DNA of 64,000 bases. Source: Candidatus Cloacimonadales bacterium (GTDB taxonomy: Bacteria > Cloacimonadota > Cloacimonadia > Cloacimonadales > JAFGVF01). The position numbers and the translations under genes were made by a program. The notes beneath the pieces are model-generated. The model was given only the letters and a program-made list of their open reading frames with translations, ran no database searches and was not told the DNA's origin. Shown here piece by piece: positions 1-10,123 of this stretch. The stretch is taken from positions 1,888,001 through 1,952,000 of the forward strand of contig OY759729.1 of assembly GCA_963662585.1 (NCBI GenBank), written 5' to 3'. Position 1 is the first letter of the stretch. Each line of letters opens with the position of its first letter.

Positions 1-159
1 TAATCTGTCAAATTATTTAGGACTGGATACACTCAGAGGATTGGCATCGAAGATAAGGGGAGAGTTTTCGTTAATCATTCTCCTTCTAGATGAATAGTAA
101 ATGCTTATAGCAAAATTTCCTTCAAAGCGTTTGAAATATTAAAAAAACAAGGATTTAGT

Positions 160-2436
160 ATGTTAAAGGTTATTCGAAGTCAGCTTCACACTCTCTTTAT
201 TCCCTTAATATTTTGGCTAATCGGAATTATCATTGCTACTAAATTTTCTTATCACTGGACTTTGAACATCCTAGTTACTATTTCTTTTTTGATAATGCTT
301 TTTTATCCAAAACTAAGAATCTATTTCATATTATTTATTTCGTTAATGCTAGGCTGGATGCATACAAGTACTTATCTAAAAACAACAAGTAATGAAATTG
401 GTTACTATCTTACCCCTGATAAATCTATCAATGAAGTATTTACTTATAAAGTTTTGGAAAGTAAGCTAACCTCAAAAGATAAAAGATATTATATCATAGA
501 ACTACGCCAGCTTAATGACTATTCTATGAAAGGGAAATTGCTTCTTTACAATGCTCCTGATTCTCTCAAAAATTATCACATATATCGAAGCCCTATCACT
601 ATTGAAAATATAGAAAAAGCACATAATCCTGCTGAATTTGATTTTCAGAGATATTATGCTTATCAAGGTATTCAGGGAAGAGCAAGCACCAATGGCTTAA
701 CCAGTTTTATTGGTAAGGAAGAGACTTTCTGGACGAGATTAAAATCTGCAGTAACTAGCAAAATAGAAGCCACCTTTAGGCAAAATAAATCTTTAGCTTT
801 AGCTCTATTTTTGGGAGAGAAGGACTTACTCAAGATAGACCAAGAAAGACTAGCCAACTTAGGTCTCTTGCATCTTTTTGCAGTTAGTGGTTTGCATGTG
901 GGAGTAATATATCTAACGGTTTTGATTATTCTTAATCTTATCTTAAATCTAAATTGGGCTAGACTAGGCACTTCAATAATCTTGATTTTTTATGGATATT
1001 TATGTGCATGGTCGCCATCAGTTTTTAGAACTGTTTTGATAATCTTTATCTATAATTTTACCTTAGTTTTTCAACGCAAAATATCCTTCTTGCAGTTACT
1101 TTCAATCACCCTTTTTATTATTACTATAACTAATCCTCTGCAAGTCTTTTCAGTAGGACTTCATTTATCTCTGACAGCTTTTATCTCTCTTTGGCTAGCT
1201 GATAGGAAATTCTTACCCTTGCTAGACAAATATAGGAGAAAATATAAGTTAAATAAATACATCTTGGGCGTAATTCAATATCTTATATACTCACTCTCAG
1301 TAGTTATCTTTATCGCCCCACTTTCAGCTTATTACTTCAATGTTGTTTCATTTAACTCCCTGATAACAAACATCGTAGTAACTCCAATTGTTAGCCTGAT
1401 GCTAAATGTTATTCTTTTGTCTCTCTTACTTCCCCAAGGATTTGTAGCCCAAGAATATCTAGCTAAGGCATTTAGTCTGCTAAAGGCTCTTTTTGAGAAG
1501 ATTATTGAATATTCAGCTTCGCTTCCACTATTTACTCGAAGATTTGCTCTAACAGGATTCGAACTTTTGGCAATTATTCTGGTGACAATAGTTTTTCTCT
1601 TTCTCTATAAGAAAGATAAAGTTAAAGCCCTTATTCTGATAGCTTCAGCAGTAATCTTACTCTTTCTTACTCTCTCAGGTTTATTTGTTAACTACCAAAA
1701 TCAAGTTATCTGTTTAGATGCCGGAAAAGCTGATTGCAGTTATTTAGAATTTGCTGATGGAAAAAATCTCTTAATTGATACTGGATCCCAAGAACAGCCA
1801 CCTAATATTATAAAAAACTCACTCTTGCCTTATCTAAGAAAAAGGCATATTCATAACTTGGATATGGTTATTATTACTCATGCCCATGAAGATCACTATG
1901 GAGGACTTGCCTTGCTTGCTAAGAATATTGATATCAAGGAGTTAATTATTCATCAAACAGCTCTTGGTGATGAAACCTTCGCCCAAATAATTCAAGAATT
2001 AGAATCAGATATAATTATTACTATCCTCCAAGATACAACTTCAATTTGGGATAGAAGAATAAGATTCTTGCATCCTGATGTTAACTATGAATCAATTAAT
2101 ATGAATAATAACTCTCTGGTTACTCAAGTTACTTATAATCACAATAAACTGCTATTTACTGGCGATATTGAAGAAGAGGCTGAACAAAGATTAGTAAGGC
2201 AATATGGGGATGGGATAAAATCTAATTTTCTAAAGATACCCCATCACGGAAGTATTACCAGCTCTTCAGTAGAATTCTTAGATAGTGTTAATCCTGATAA
2301 ATGTTTTATTCCTGCAGGGAATAGGGATAGAGATAAATTCCCTAATCCTATAGTCTTAAAAAGATTGCAAGATATGAATATTGAAATTTTCATCGGAGGA
2401 GATGATGGTGCTATGAAAATGATAATCGATCGCTAG
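160..2436 (+). CDS. comEC: DNA internalization competence protein ComEC/Rec2
   Basis: 758 aa; multiple TM segments, competence-domain motif HLFAVSGLHVG, C-terminal metallo-beta-lactamase motifs THAHEDH, LFTGD and PHHGS. Confidence 0.93.
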   Translation: MLKVIRSQLHTLFIPLIFWLIGIIIATKFSYHWTLNILVTISFLIMLFYPKLRIYFILFISLMLGWMHTSTYLKTTSNEIGYYLTPDKSINEVFTYKVLESKLTSKDKRYYIIELRQLNDYSMKGKLLLYNAPDSLKNYHIYRSPITIENIEKAHNPAEFDFQRYYAYQGIQGRASTNGLTSFIGKEETFWTRLKSAVTSKIEATFRQNKSLALALFLGEKDLLKIDQERLANLGLLHLFAVSGLHVGVIYLTVLIILNLILNLNWARLGTSIILIFYGYLCAWSPSVFRTVLIIFIYNFTLVFQRKISFLQLLSITLFIITITNPLQVFSVGLHLSLTAFISLWLADRKFLPLLDKYRRKYKLNKYILGVIQYLIYSLSVVIFIAPLSAYYFNVVSFNSLITNIVVTPIVSLMLNVILLSLLLPQGFVAQEYLAKAFSLLKALFEKIIEYSASLPLFTRRFALTGFELLAIILVTIVFLFLYKKDKVKALILIASAVILLFLTLSGLFVNYQNQVICLDAGKADCSYLEFADGKNLLIDTGSQEQPPNIIKNSLLPYLRKRHIHNLDMVIITHAHEDHYGGLALLAKNIDIKELIIHQTALGDETFAQIIQELESDIIITILQDTTSIWDRRIRFLHPDVNYESINMNNNSLVTQVTYNHNKLLFTGDIEEEAEQRLVRQYGDGIKSNFLKIPHHGSITSSSVEFLDSVNPDKCFIPAGNRDRDKFPNPIVLKRLQDMNIEIFIGGDDGAMKMIIDR

Positions 2437-2683
2437 AGACCTATTCTAGTAATCAATTTGCTAGATTACACTATCATCATCTCTTCCTCTTTAATTGCTC
2501 CTTCTCACTCATCATAGTGATTATTTGGATTTTTATTGAAATCAGTGAGAGAGTGAAGCGAAAGAGGAAAGGAAGAGCAAGGCACAAGCATTAAATATTG
2601 AGTTATTTTTTATTTTCAACTGGACAGAATAATCATCTTTTTATTATAAGAAAATAAATAATAATTAAGAGAATGAGGTTGAA

Positions 2684-3886
2684 ATGAAGAAAATATATAT
2701 AACTATTATAATCCTATTATTAAGCATAAATTTCCAAGTTTTACAGGCAATAGACTATACTGCTGGAATAGACTGGTTCAAGGAATATTACACTATTAGT
2801 GAAAAAGATACTCAGAAATTTATTCCTTTTGGCTTCTATATCAATGAAGCAGGATTTATGTTGGGAGCATTCTATTATAATACCAATGTTATGAATAGTG
2901 GTGCCAAAACCTCTTTAGTGGGGATGTATAGTCCTGAAACTAACATTTCTGCTGTGTGGATTGATGTAGATAATGTTAAATTATCTGATAAAACAAATCT
3001 CTATAGCACTATCAACTTACTAAATTTTAATGATGTAAGAGTTTATTGGAAGGGGAATGATAGTCCTAATATAGAAGCTGCTTTTACGGTATTACCTGAT
3101 AGTACATTAGTTCCTAAGAATAATGGATATCTGGTTAAAGAAGGCTGGGCAAATAACTTCAAAATAGGAATCAAGCATAAAGTCTTTGAAAACAGTGCTA
3201 TTTATGGGGAATATCGCTATAACATCTCTACCTCAAAGAATAGTGATGATTCCTTAACAGATGAGCTGATCGTTAGATTTGAATCTTCCTTCTTAGATAG
3301 TTATAACAATCCACAAAAAGGTAGTAAATTCATAGCTGATATTGCAAAAAGTATTGATATCTTAGGACATGATGAAAATAATAATTGGGATTATTACCGG
3401 CTATCTGCAGAAGTTATTCACTTCTTACCTCTAGCTGATAAAACTACTTTAGGTTTTAGATTATTTACTTCCCACTTAGGCGGGAAAAAAGTTGAGGATG
3501 AGAATAGGACATTAATAATGAATAATCTCTTAAATCAAGAAGGAAAATATACAGAATATGCCCCCTTTATGGCTCAACCATATTTAGGTGATTTTGATAA
3601 CTTCCGAGGTTATTATATGTATAGATTCAGAGATAATAACTTACTCTTACTTCAAGCCGAAAATAGGTTTCCTATCACTGGTAACCGTTTGTACGGTGTC
3701 TTGTTTGGAGAAGTTGGTCGGGTAGCTCCAAAATATGATGTTAGTGAGTTTCTTCAAGATATGAAGTTATCTTATGGAGCTGGTGTAAGATTCTATTTTA
3801 ATGAAGATGTAGCAGTGAGAGCAGATTTTGCTCATTCTAATGAAGAAAATTTACAAGTTAGAATAATGTTTGGGCAGGCTTTTTAA
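2684..3886 (+). CDS. Omp85/BamA-TamA family outer-membrane beta-barrel protein
   Basis: Signal peptide; FRGY...RFRD loop motif, SYGAGVRF and C-terminal FGQAF signature. Confidence 0.7.
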   Translation: MKKIYITIIILLLSINFQVLQAIDYTAGIDWFKEYYTISEKDTQKFIPFGFYINEAGFMLGAFYYNTNVMNSGAKTSLVGMYSPETNISAVWIDVDNVKLSDKTNLYSTINLLNFNDVRVYWKGNDSPNIEAAFTVLPDSTLVPKNNGYLVKEGWANNFKIGIKHKVFENSAIYGEYRYNISTSKNSDDSLTDELIVRFESSFLDSYNNPQKGSKFIADIAKSIDILGHDENNNWDYYRLSAEVIHFLPLADKTTLGFRLFTSHLGGKKVEDENRTLIMNNLLNQEGKYTEYAPFMAQPYLGDFDNFRGYYMYRFRDNNLLLLQAENRFPITGNRLYGVLFGEVGRVAPKYDVSEFLQDMKLSYGAGVRFYFNEDVAVRADFAHSNEENLQVRIMFGQAF

Positions 3887-4011
3887 ACCCAGGGTTGAAT
3901 TATATAGGAATAAAGTAAAATGGTTAACTCTTTACTGCTATTGTGTTTAACTAATTCGAAGGAAATATAAATACAAGTATTTTAAAATATTTCTTGACGG
4001 AAAATAACATC

Positions 4012-4027
4012 CATACCGTTTAGTATG
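4012..4027. promoter_or_regulatory. Probable TetR/AcrR operator
   Basis: Inverted repeat CATAC-N6-GTATG just upstream of a tetR-family gene, near TTGACG at 3994-3999. Confidence 0.5.
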
Positions 4028-4060
4028 TTTATGAAAATTATGAATACTAAAAGGTGAGGT

Positions 4061-4678
4061 ATGACACAAAGTAAAAGTGAAAATAAAGATACTCGCAAGA
4101 CGATAATATTGTCTGCACTAAAATTGTTTTCTGAAAAGGGCTTTCAGGCCACTTCAATTTCAGAGATTTGTAAAAATGCAAATGTTTCTAAAGGTGCCTT
4201 ATATTGGCACTTCAAGGATAAGCAAGATTTGTATTTACAGCTTATGTATGATGTTATTAGAGAAATTTTAGTAGAATCAATGTTTGAAGTTAACCAAGAG
4301 AAGAGTCCTTTATTGAGGTTAAAAAAACATTTAAACAATTATCTTACCCAACTTTCGACTAATGAGGTTTATCAAGAAGCTTATAGGTTGTTTGTTAGAG
4401 AAATGCAATTTGATCAATTTGCCGATATGGAAAGATTGAGCGCTCAAGTAAAAGAAGATTTTAATTTTGAGAGTTATTTTCAAGATGCCGTTGCTCAGGG
4501 AGAGCTTCCTAAAGTCCTGACAGTAAATCAATATTATGAAATGTATACCCACATGTTTGATGGAATAATTATAAATTGGTTAATGCGGGGCAAGGAGTTT
4601 GATTTAATCGAATTTGGTAATAAATTATTTGATTATGTATATAGAATAGACTTGTTAAGGAGAGAAAATGAAGTTTAA
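4061..4678 (+). CDS. TetR/AcrR family transcriptional regulator
   Basis: N-terminal HTH LFSEKGFQATSISEICKNANVSKGALYWHFKDK; first gene of an efflux operon. Confidence 0.93.
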   Translation: MTQSKSENKDTRKTIILSALKLFSEKGFQATSISEICKNANVSKGALYWHFKDKQDLYLQLMYDVIREILVESMFEVNQEKSPLLRLKKHLNNYLTQLSTNEVYQEAYRLFVREMQFDQFADMERLSAQVKEDFNFESYFQDAVAQGELPKVLTVNQYYEMYTHMFDGIIINWLMRGKEFDLIEFGNKLFDYVYRIDLLRRENEV

Positions 4679-5948
4679 GTATGCAATACTATTATTGATA
4701 TTTCCCTTATTTTTAAGTGGATTGACTTTAAAAGAGGCTGAGAATTATGCTCTAAGGAATAATAAAGAGATTCAGATTTCTCAATCAGATAAAGCAGGAA
4801 CTAATGCTAATTATCTAAGCGTGAAAGGTTCAATATATCCCCAGTTGAGTTTAATGGGGTCTTATGGAATAAAGAAGACAGATGTTCCGGAGATACTTCC
4901 TGCAGGAGTTATGGCAGAAGAAGAGATGCCTTTAAATACTGTCTTGTCAATGTCACAAATTTTGTTCTCTAGCGATGTATTCAATGGTTTAAGAGCTGCA
5001 AAGGTCTATACAAAAATTAATGATACAATGTTACGGGTTACAGAAACAGAGATATTATTCAAGACTAAGGAATTGTTTAACACTTGTTTATTGACTGAGC
5101 AAGTGGTAAATATTCAGAGAGAAGCTTTACAGATTGCTCAATCTCATTTTGAGCAAATAAGTGTAATGTTTGACCAAGGTTTAGTTTCAGAATATGATTT
5201 ATTAAAAGCTGAATTGCAGGTGTCTCAACTAGAGCCACAGCTTCAAGAAGCAATAAACAATCATAGTATGTCAATAGAAGCTCTAAAGAATCATCTTGGG
5301 GGAAATATTGAAATTACTTCAATAGATGGCGAATTAGTTGAACCTGAGATTGCCGACTATGATTTAAATGAAGCTATTAGTGAAGGTAAAAATAATCGTC
5401 TAGAACTAAAAGCAACAAGTTTAAATGCTGATATTTTGAATATTCAATATAAGAATCAACAGAAGAGTTATTTACCTACTGTTGCATTGAATGCTTCAGT
5501 TACTAATTTCACTTCAACTTCAGATTATTCAGTAGAAGCAGATAATTTTGGTAATATTTATCAGTTATCAGTAGACTTTCAAGTACCGCTTTTTACTGGA
5601 TTTACTAACAGGAGTAAGACTCGTAAATTTAAGCAAGAGTGGATATCTGCCCAAATTTCTAATGATAAATTAGAAGATGATATTAGTTTAGAGATAACTA
5701 ATTACTACCTAAAATTAGAGAAAGAAGTCAAAAATTTAACTGCAGTTAAAAAGAATAGGGCTCTCGCAACCAAAGGTTTAACTATAGCTGAACAGAGATA
5801 TAGTAACCAATTAGCTACATACCTAGAAGTTCAAGATGCTCAATTGAGTTATAAACTGGCTCAATTAGATTATATTTCTGCAATATATAATGTTATCAAT
5901 ACCAAAAATAGTTTAGTTAAAGCTATGGGAAAGAATTTAAAATCTTAA
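4668..5948 (+). CDS. TolC family outer-membrane efflux protein
   Basis: Signal peptide, two OEP-like repeats (YPQLSL, LPTVAL, VPLFTG); context. Confidence 0.9.
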   Translation: MKFKYAILLLIFPLFLSGLTLKEAENYALRNNKEIQISQSDKAGTNANYLSVKGSIYPQLSLMGSYGIKKTDVPEILPAGVMAEEEMPLNTVLSMSQILFSSDVFNGLRAAKVYTKINDTMLRVTETEILFKTKELFNTCLLTEQVVNIQREALQIAQSHFEQISVMFDQGLVSEYDLLKAELQVSQLEPQLQEAINNHSMSIEALKNHLGGNIEITSIDGELVEPEIADYDLNEAISEGKNNRLELKATSLNADILNIQYKNQQKSYLPTVALNASVTNFTSTSDYSVEADNFGNIYQLSVDFQVPLFTGFTNRSKTRKFKQEWISAQISNDKLEDDISLEITNYYLKLEKEVKNLTAVKKNRALATKGLTIAEQRYSNQLATYLEVQDAQLSYKLAQLDYISAIYNVINTKNSLVKAMGKNLKS

Positions 5949-5958
5949 GGAGAGATTA

Positions 5959-6987
5959 ATGATAAAAAGAGTTTTTTTATTAATGATTATTGCCTCCCTA
6001 TTCTTAGTAGTAGGATGTCAGAAGAAAGGACCAATAGTTGAGGCAAAGAGTTTGGAAGCAATCTATCGCGAGGAAGGAATTCCTGTAAAAGTAGAAACAG
6101 TAGTAGGACAAGATTTCAATAGATATCAAACTTACTACTCAGAAGTAATTCCTAGTAAAAGTACAGTAATTTTTGCTAAGTATGAAGACCGTATCTCCAA
6201 AATCCATGCAGAAGCTGGCGATTTCGTAAAGAAGGGAGATGTTATAATAGAATTTAATCCTAATAGCAGATTCGGGATAAAAGAGACCCAAGCTAATTAT
6301 GATATTGCCTTAGCCACTTATAATAGAATGAAAGAAGTCTTCAAAAGTGGAGGAATAAGCCAACAGGATTTAGATCTTTATCAAACTCAATACATGGTAG
6401 CTCAAGCATCCTTAGAAAGCATTAATGATATGTTAAAAGTTACAGCACCTTATGATGGTTATATCACAGAGTTACCTGTTTCGGAGAATGATTATATCTT
6501 CATAGATTCAGCACTTTTTACTATTTCCAACTTAAATACTTTGAAAGCTGTTTTATGGGTAAATGAGAATGATATTCAGTTTGTGAGAGAAGGGATGTTT
6601 GCTTCAGCTAAATGGAATAATCAAGAAATTACCGGTAAAGTAGAGAAAGTTGCTATGTCTATGGATTTACATAGAAGAGCTTTTAGAGTAGAGGCTAACT
6701 TTGATAATTCAAAGAGATTAATAAAAGCTGGAGTAACTTCTGAGATAAATCTCCTTCTTTACAAGAAAACAGATGTTATCGGAGTTCCAACAGTTATGGT
6801 TAGAGAAATTCAAGCTAGTCCATATCTTTGGATTGTTGAAGATAATAAGGCAGTAAGAAGGAATGTGGTTCTTGGCCAGACAGGAAATGAGCTAATCGAA
6901 ATCTTAAATGGACTAAATGCCGGCGATAAATTAATCACTGAGGGTTATCATTTAGTATCTGATAACGACAAAGTAACTATTAAATAG
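5959..6987 (+). CDS. RND efflux periplasmic adaptor (MFP) subunit
   Basis: Lipobox LVVGC; GDFVKKGD, VTAPYDG and GLNAGDKLITEG motifs. Confidence 0.9.
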   Translation: MIKRVFLLMIIASLFLVVGCQKKGPIVEAKSLEAIYREEGIPVKVETVVGQDFNRYQTYYSEVIPSKSTVIFAKYEDRISKIHAEAGDFVKKGDVIIEFNPNSRFGIKETQANYDIALATYNRMKEVFKSGGISQQDLDLYQTQYMVAQASLESINDMLKVTAPYDGYITELPVSENDYIFIDSALFTISNLNTLKAVLWVNENDIQFVREGMFASAKWNNQEITGKVEKVAMSMDLHRRAFRVEANFDNSKRLIKAGVTSEINLLLYKKTDVIGVPTVMVREIQASPYLWIVEDNKAVRRNVVLGQTGNELIEILNGLNAGDKLITEGYHLVSDNDKVTIK

Positions 6988-7006
6988 TTAATTAATTGGA
7001 GAAATA

Positions 7007-10000
7007 ATGTTTTTATCAAAAATGTCTATAAAAAGACCAGTTATGACCACAATGTTCATTCTGGTATTCATTCTCTTTGGTCTTTTAGCTTTTACTAAGA
7101 TGCCAATTGACCTCTTCCCATCAGTGAATATACCCTATGTTCTTGTAACAACGGTCTATCCTGGTGCAGGTCCTAGTGAAGTAGAAACTCAAGTTACTAA
7201 TATTATCGAGGATGAAGTTGCCACTATCAGTGGATTAAACAATGTTCAGTCTTATTCAATGGATAATGTTTCTACTATAGTTCTTCAGTTTGAGTTAAGT
7301 AAAGACCCAAAGGAAGCTAACCAAGAAGTTAAAGATAAAATAAATAAGATTATTAATAAATTACCTTCTGATGCAGAACAACCAACCATTGAAAAGATTG
7401 AAATGGATGCCTTTCCAGTTATCGATTTAGTCTTAACTTCTAATTCCAGAAGTGTTTCAGCGATTGAGTTATATGAATTAGCAGATAACACTCTGAAAGA
7501 TAGATTTGCTAAGATTGAAGGTGTTGCTCGTGTTGAAATCAGTGGTGGAGAAGAGAGAGAGATTCGAGTTGAAACAAATAATAGGCTCTTAAAATCTAAT
7601 AATATCTCCCTTGCAAGTATTAATAACATCATAACCATGAATAATTATAATATTGCAGCTGGATTCTTCACTAACAAGAATACTGAAATCTCTTTAACTA
7701 CTAATGCTGAATTTACTTCCATAGAAGAATTAAAGAATTTAGAAATTCCTGTTGATGGTGGGACTAAGAAGCTCAAGGAAATTGCTAATGTTTTTGATGG
7801 TAAGAAAGAGATTAGGACTATTTCTCGTTTCTTTGATAATATCCAGAAAAGTGAATATAGTAAAATGGTTAAGATTAGCTTGATTAAAAGTTCGGATGCC
7901 AATACTGTTGCATTGGCTCAAGAAGTAACAAAATCTCTTCCTGACTTAAAAGCTAATATCCCAAGCAATATAGAATTAAAACTTGCTTATGATAACTCTG
8001 TATTTATTCAATCATCTGTTAGTGATACGATTACTAACTTGATTCTGGGAGTATTATTAACAGGACTTGTGCTATTCTTATTCCTTCATGATTTAAGATC
8101 TACTTTCATAGTTGCTCTTTCCATGCCGACCTCAATTATCTCATCCTTTATGGTAATGCAGGCTATGGGTTTCTCATTCAATATGCTATCATTGATGGGA
8201 CTCTCGACTGCTGTCGGGGTGCTGGTGTCTAATTCCATTGTGGTACTAGAGAATATATTCCGTCATAAATATATGGGGAACAGTAACAAGGAAGCTGCTC
8301 TTTCAGGTTCAGCAGAAGTTACAACTGCTGTGATTGCCTCGACTGCAACTAACCTTGTGGTATTCCTGCCAATCGCGGCTATGTCCTCAATGGCTGGTCA
8401 GTTCTTTAAAGAGTTTGCTTTAACTGTTTCAATCGCAACCGTCTTTTCCTTAATAATGTCTTTCACTCTTACCCCAATGTTGGCTTCTCTTATCTTACCT
8501 AAAGAAGAAAAGTTAGATTGGTTCGGAAGAATTATGGAGAAGAACTTCAAGTTCTTTGAAGGAATTTACAAAAAGGCCCTTATTTCAATCTTAAGTAATA
8601 GAGTGAAACCTGTTTTATTTGCTGTATTTATGACTCTTTTACTCTTTGCAACCTTTATTTTTGTTGCACCAAAGTTAGGCTTTGAGTTTATGCCAGAATT
8701 TGACCAAGGTGATTTGGTGATTAATATCGAGCTTCCTGAAGGGGCAGATTTGACTCAAACTTCACAAAAGTTAGCTGAGGTTGAAAAAATAGTATTAAAT
8801 CACCCTGAAGTAAAACATATAATATCTTCTGTTGGTAGTAATAATAGAACTAATCTCGCTTCTGCTGAAATAAAATTAGTAGATCCTGAATTTAGAAATA
8901 TTACAACTTCTCAGATGAATCAAGTCTTCATTAATGAAGTAACAAATATTACTAACGCTAAGATTTTCTGTCGCGGTAGTAGAGGTGAAGATGGACAGAG
9001 TCCGATTCAGTATTATCTGATTTCACCTGATAAAGACTATTTGGATTCTATTGTTCCAGAGCTTAATGCTAAAATGAAGCAGATTCCAGGACTAATTAAC
9101 TATAATGTATCTCTTAGAACAGGTAAACCTCAACTTACTCTTCTTCCTAAAAGAAAAGAAATTGCTGATGCTGGCTTAACTGCTTATGATATCGCAATGG
9201 TTGTAAGAGGAGCTACTGAAGGCTTGACAAGTGCTGTCTATCGTGAAGAAGGTGAAGAATATGATATCAGAGTAACGATGGATGATAACTTTGTGTCTAG
9301 TCCAGAAGAGATTGGAGCTTTGATTGTTAATTCTCCTTATGGTCAATATACTATTTCCCAACTTGCTACTGTGGAATTTACTCAAACAACTACACAAATT
9401 ACTCATCGTGATAAGCTAGCTTCTTTGATTATTTCAGGAGAACCGGCAACTGGTTATCCTCTTGCTACAGTTACTAATAAAATTATGGAAGTCTTTGAAG
9501 ACATGAATTTCAGTGAAGATGTTGATGTAAAAGCAGGTGGAAACGCCGAAATGATGGAAGAAACAAATAAGGATATGGCTCAGGCTTTCTTGCTGGCTAT
9601 TATTCTTACTTATATGCTTCTTGCCTCAATCTTAGAGAATTTTACTCAACCTTTATTAATTCTTACTACCCTGCCGATGGCTACTATAGGTGTATTTGTG
9701 CTGATGTATCTTACTGGTACAACCATGAATATGTTCTCTATGATGGCTATTATTATGTTGATAGGGCTAGTGGTTAATGATGCAATTTTGATTTTAGACT
9801 ATACTAAACAGTTGATGGCCAGAGATAATTTATCTGCCAAAGAAGCTTTATTAATAGCTTGTCCTATTAAGATGAAACCAATTCTTATGACAACTTCAGC
9901 TATTATCTTAGGAATGCTTCCAATGGCCCTAGGAATTGGATCTGCAGGTAAGGAGATGAGAATCCCTATGGCAATGGTTCAAATTGGTGGTATGGCAACT

Positions 10001-10072
10001 TCTACCTTCTTGACCCTGCTTTTGATTCCTTCCTTATTCTTCTTAACTCATTCTAAGAAAAAGAAACAATAA
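7007..10072 (+). CDS. RND efflux permease (AcrB/AcrD/AcrF family)
   Basis: 1021 aa; SIKRPV start, YPGAGPSEVE, PILMT, LTLLLIP; two large periplasmic loops between TM blocks. Confidence 0.95.
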   Translation: MFLSKMSIKRPVMTTMFILVFILFGLLAFTKMPIDLFPSVNIPYVLVTTVYPGAGPSEVETQVTNIIEDEVATISGLNNVQSYSMDNVSTIVLQFELSKDPKEANQEVKDKINKIINKLPSDAEQPTIEKIEMDAFPVIDLVLTSNSRSVSAIELYELADNTLKDRFAKIEGVARVEISGGEEREIRVETNNRLLKSNNISLASINNIITMNNYNIAAGFFTNKNTEISLTTNAEFTSIEELKNLEIPVDGGTKKLKEIANVFDGKKEIRTISRFFDNIQKSEYSKMVKISLIKSSDANTVALAQEVTKSLPDLKANIPSNIELKLAYDNSVFIQSSVSDTITNLILGVLLTGLVLFLFLHDLRSTFIVALSMPTSIISSFMVMQAMGFSFNMLSLMGLSTAVGVLVSNSIVVLENIFRHKYMGNSNKEAALSGSAEVTTAVIASTATNLVVFLPIAAMSSMAGQFFKEFALTVSIATVFSLIMSFTLTPMLASLILPKEEKLDWFGRIMEKNFKFFEGIYKKALISILSNRVKPVLFAVFMTLLLFATFIFVAPKLGFEFMPEFDQGDLVINIELPEGADLTQTSQKLAEVEKIVLNHPEVKHIISSVGSNNRTNLASAEIKLVDPEFRNITTSQMNQVFINEVTNITNAKIFCRGSRGEDGQSPIQYYLISPDKDYLDSIVPELNAKMKQIPGLINYNVSLRTGKPQLTLLPKRKEIADAGLTAYDIAMVVRGATEGLTSAVYREEGEEYDIRVTMDDNFVSSPEEIGALIVNSPYGQYTISQLATVEFTQTTTQITHRDKLASLIISGEPATGYPLATVTNKIMEVFEDMNFSEDVDVKAGGNAEMMEETNKDMAQAFLLAIILTYMLLASILENFTQPLLILTTLPMATIGVFVLMYLTGTTMNMFSMMAIIMLIGLVVNDAILILDYTKQLMARDNLSAKEALLIACPIKMKPILMTTSAIILGMLPMALGIGSAGKEMRIPMAMVQIGGMATSTFLTLLLIPSLFFLTHSKKKKQ

Positions 10073-10083
10073 CCTATAAACTA

Positions 10084-10115
10084 AGCTGGGTGAATTTCTT
10101 TCATCCAGCTCTTTT
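10084..10115 (+). terminator. Rho-independent terminator
   Basis: AGCTGGGTGA/TCATCCAGCT hairpin followed by CTTTT after the RND gene. Confidence 0.55.
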
Positions 10116-10123
10116 CAAATAAT

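Noticed and set aside
7285..7921. Short antisense ORFs inside the RND gene (and similar ones in other long genes)
   Set aside because: Typical shadow ORFs opposite well-supported CDSs, with no motifs.
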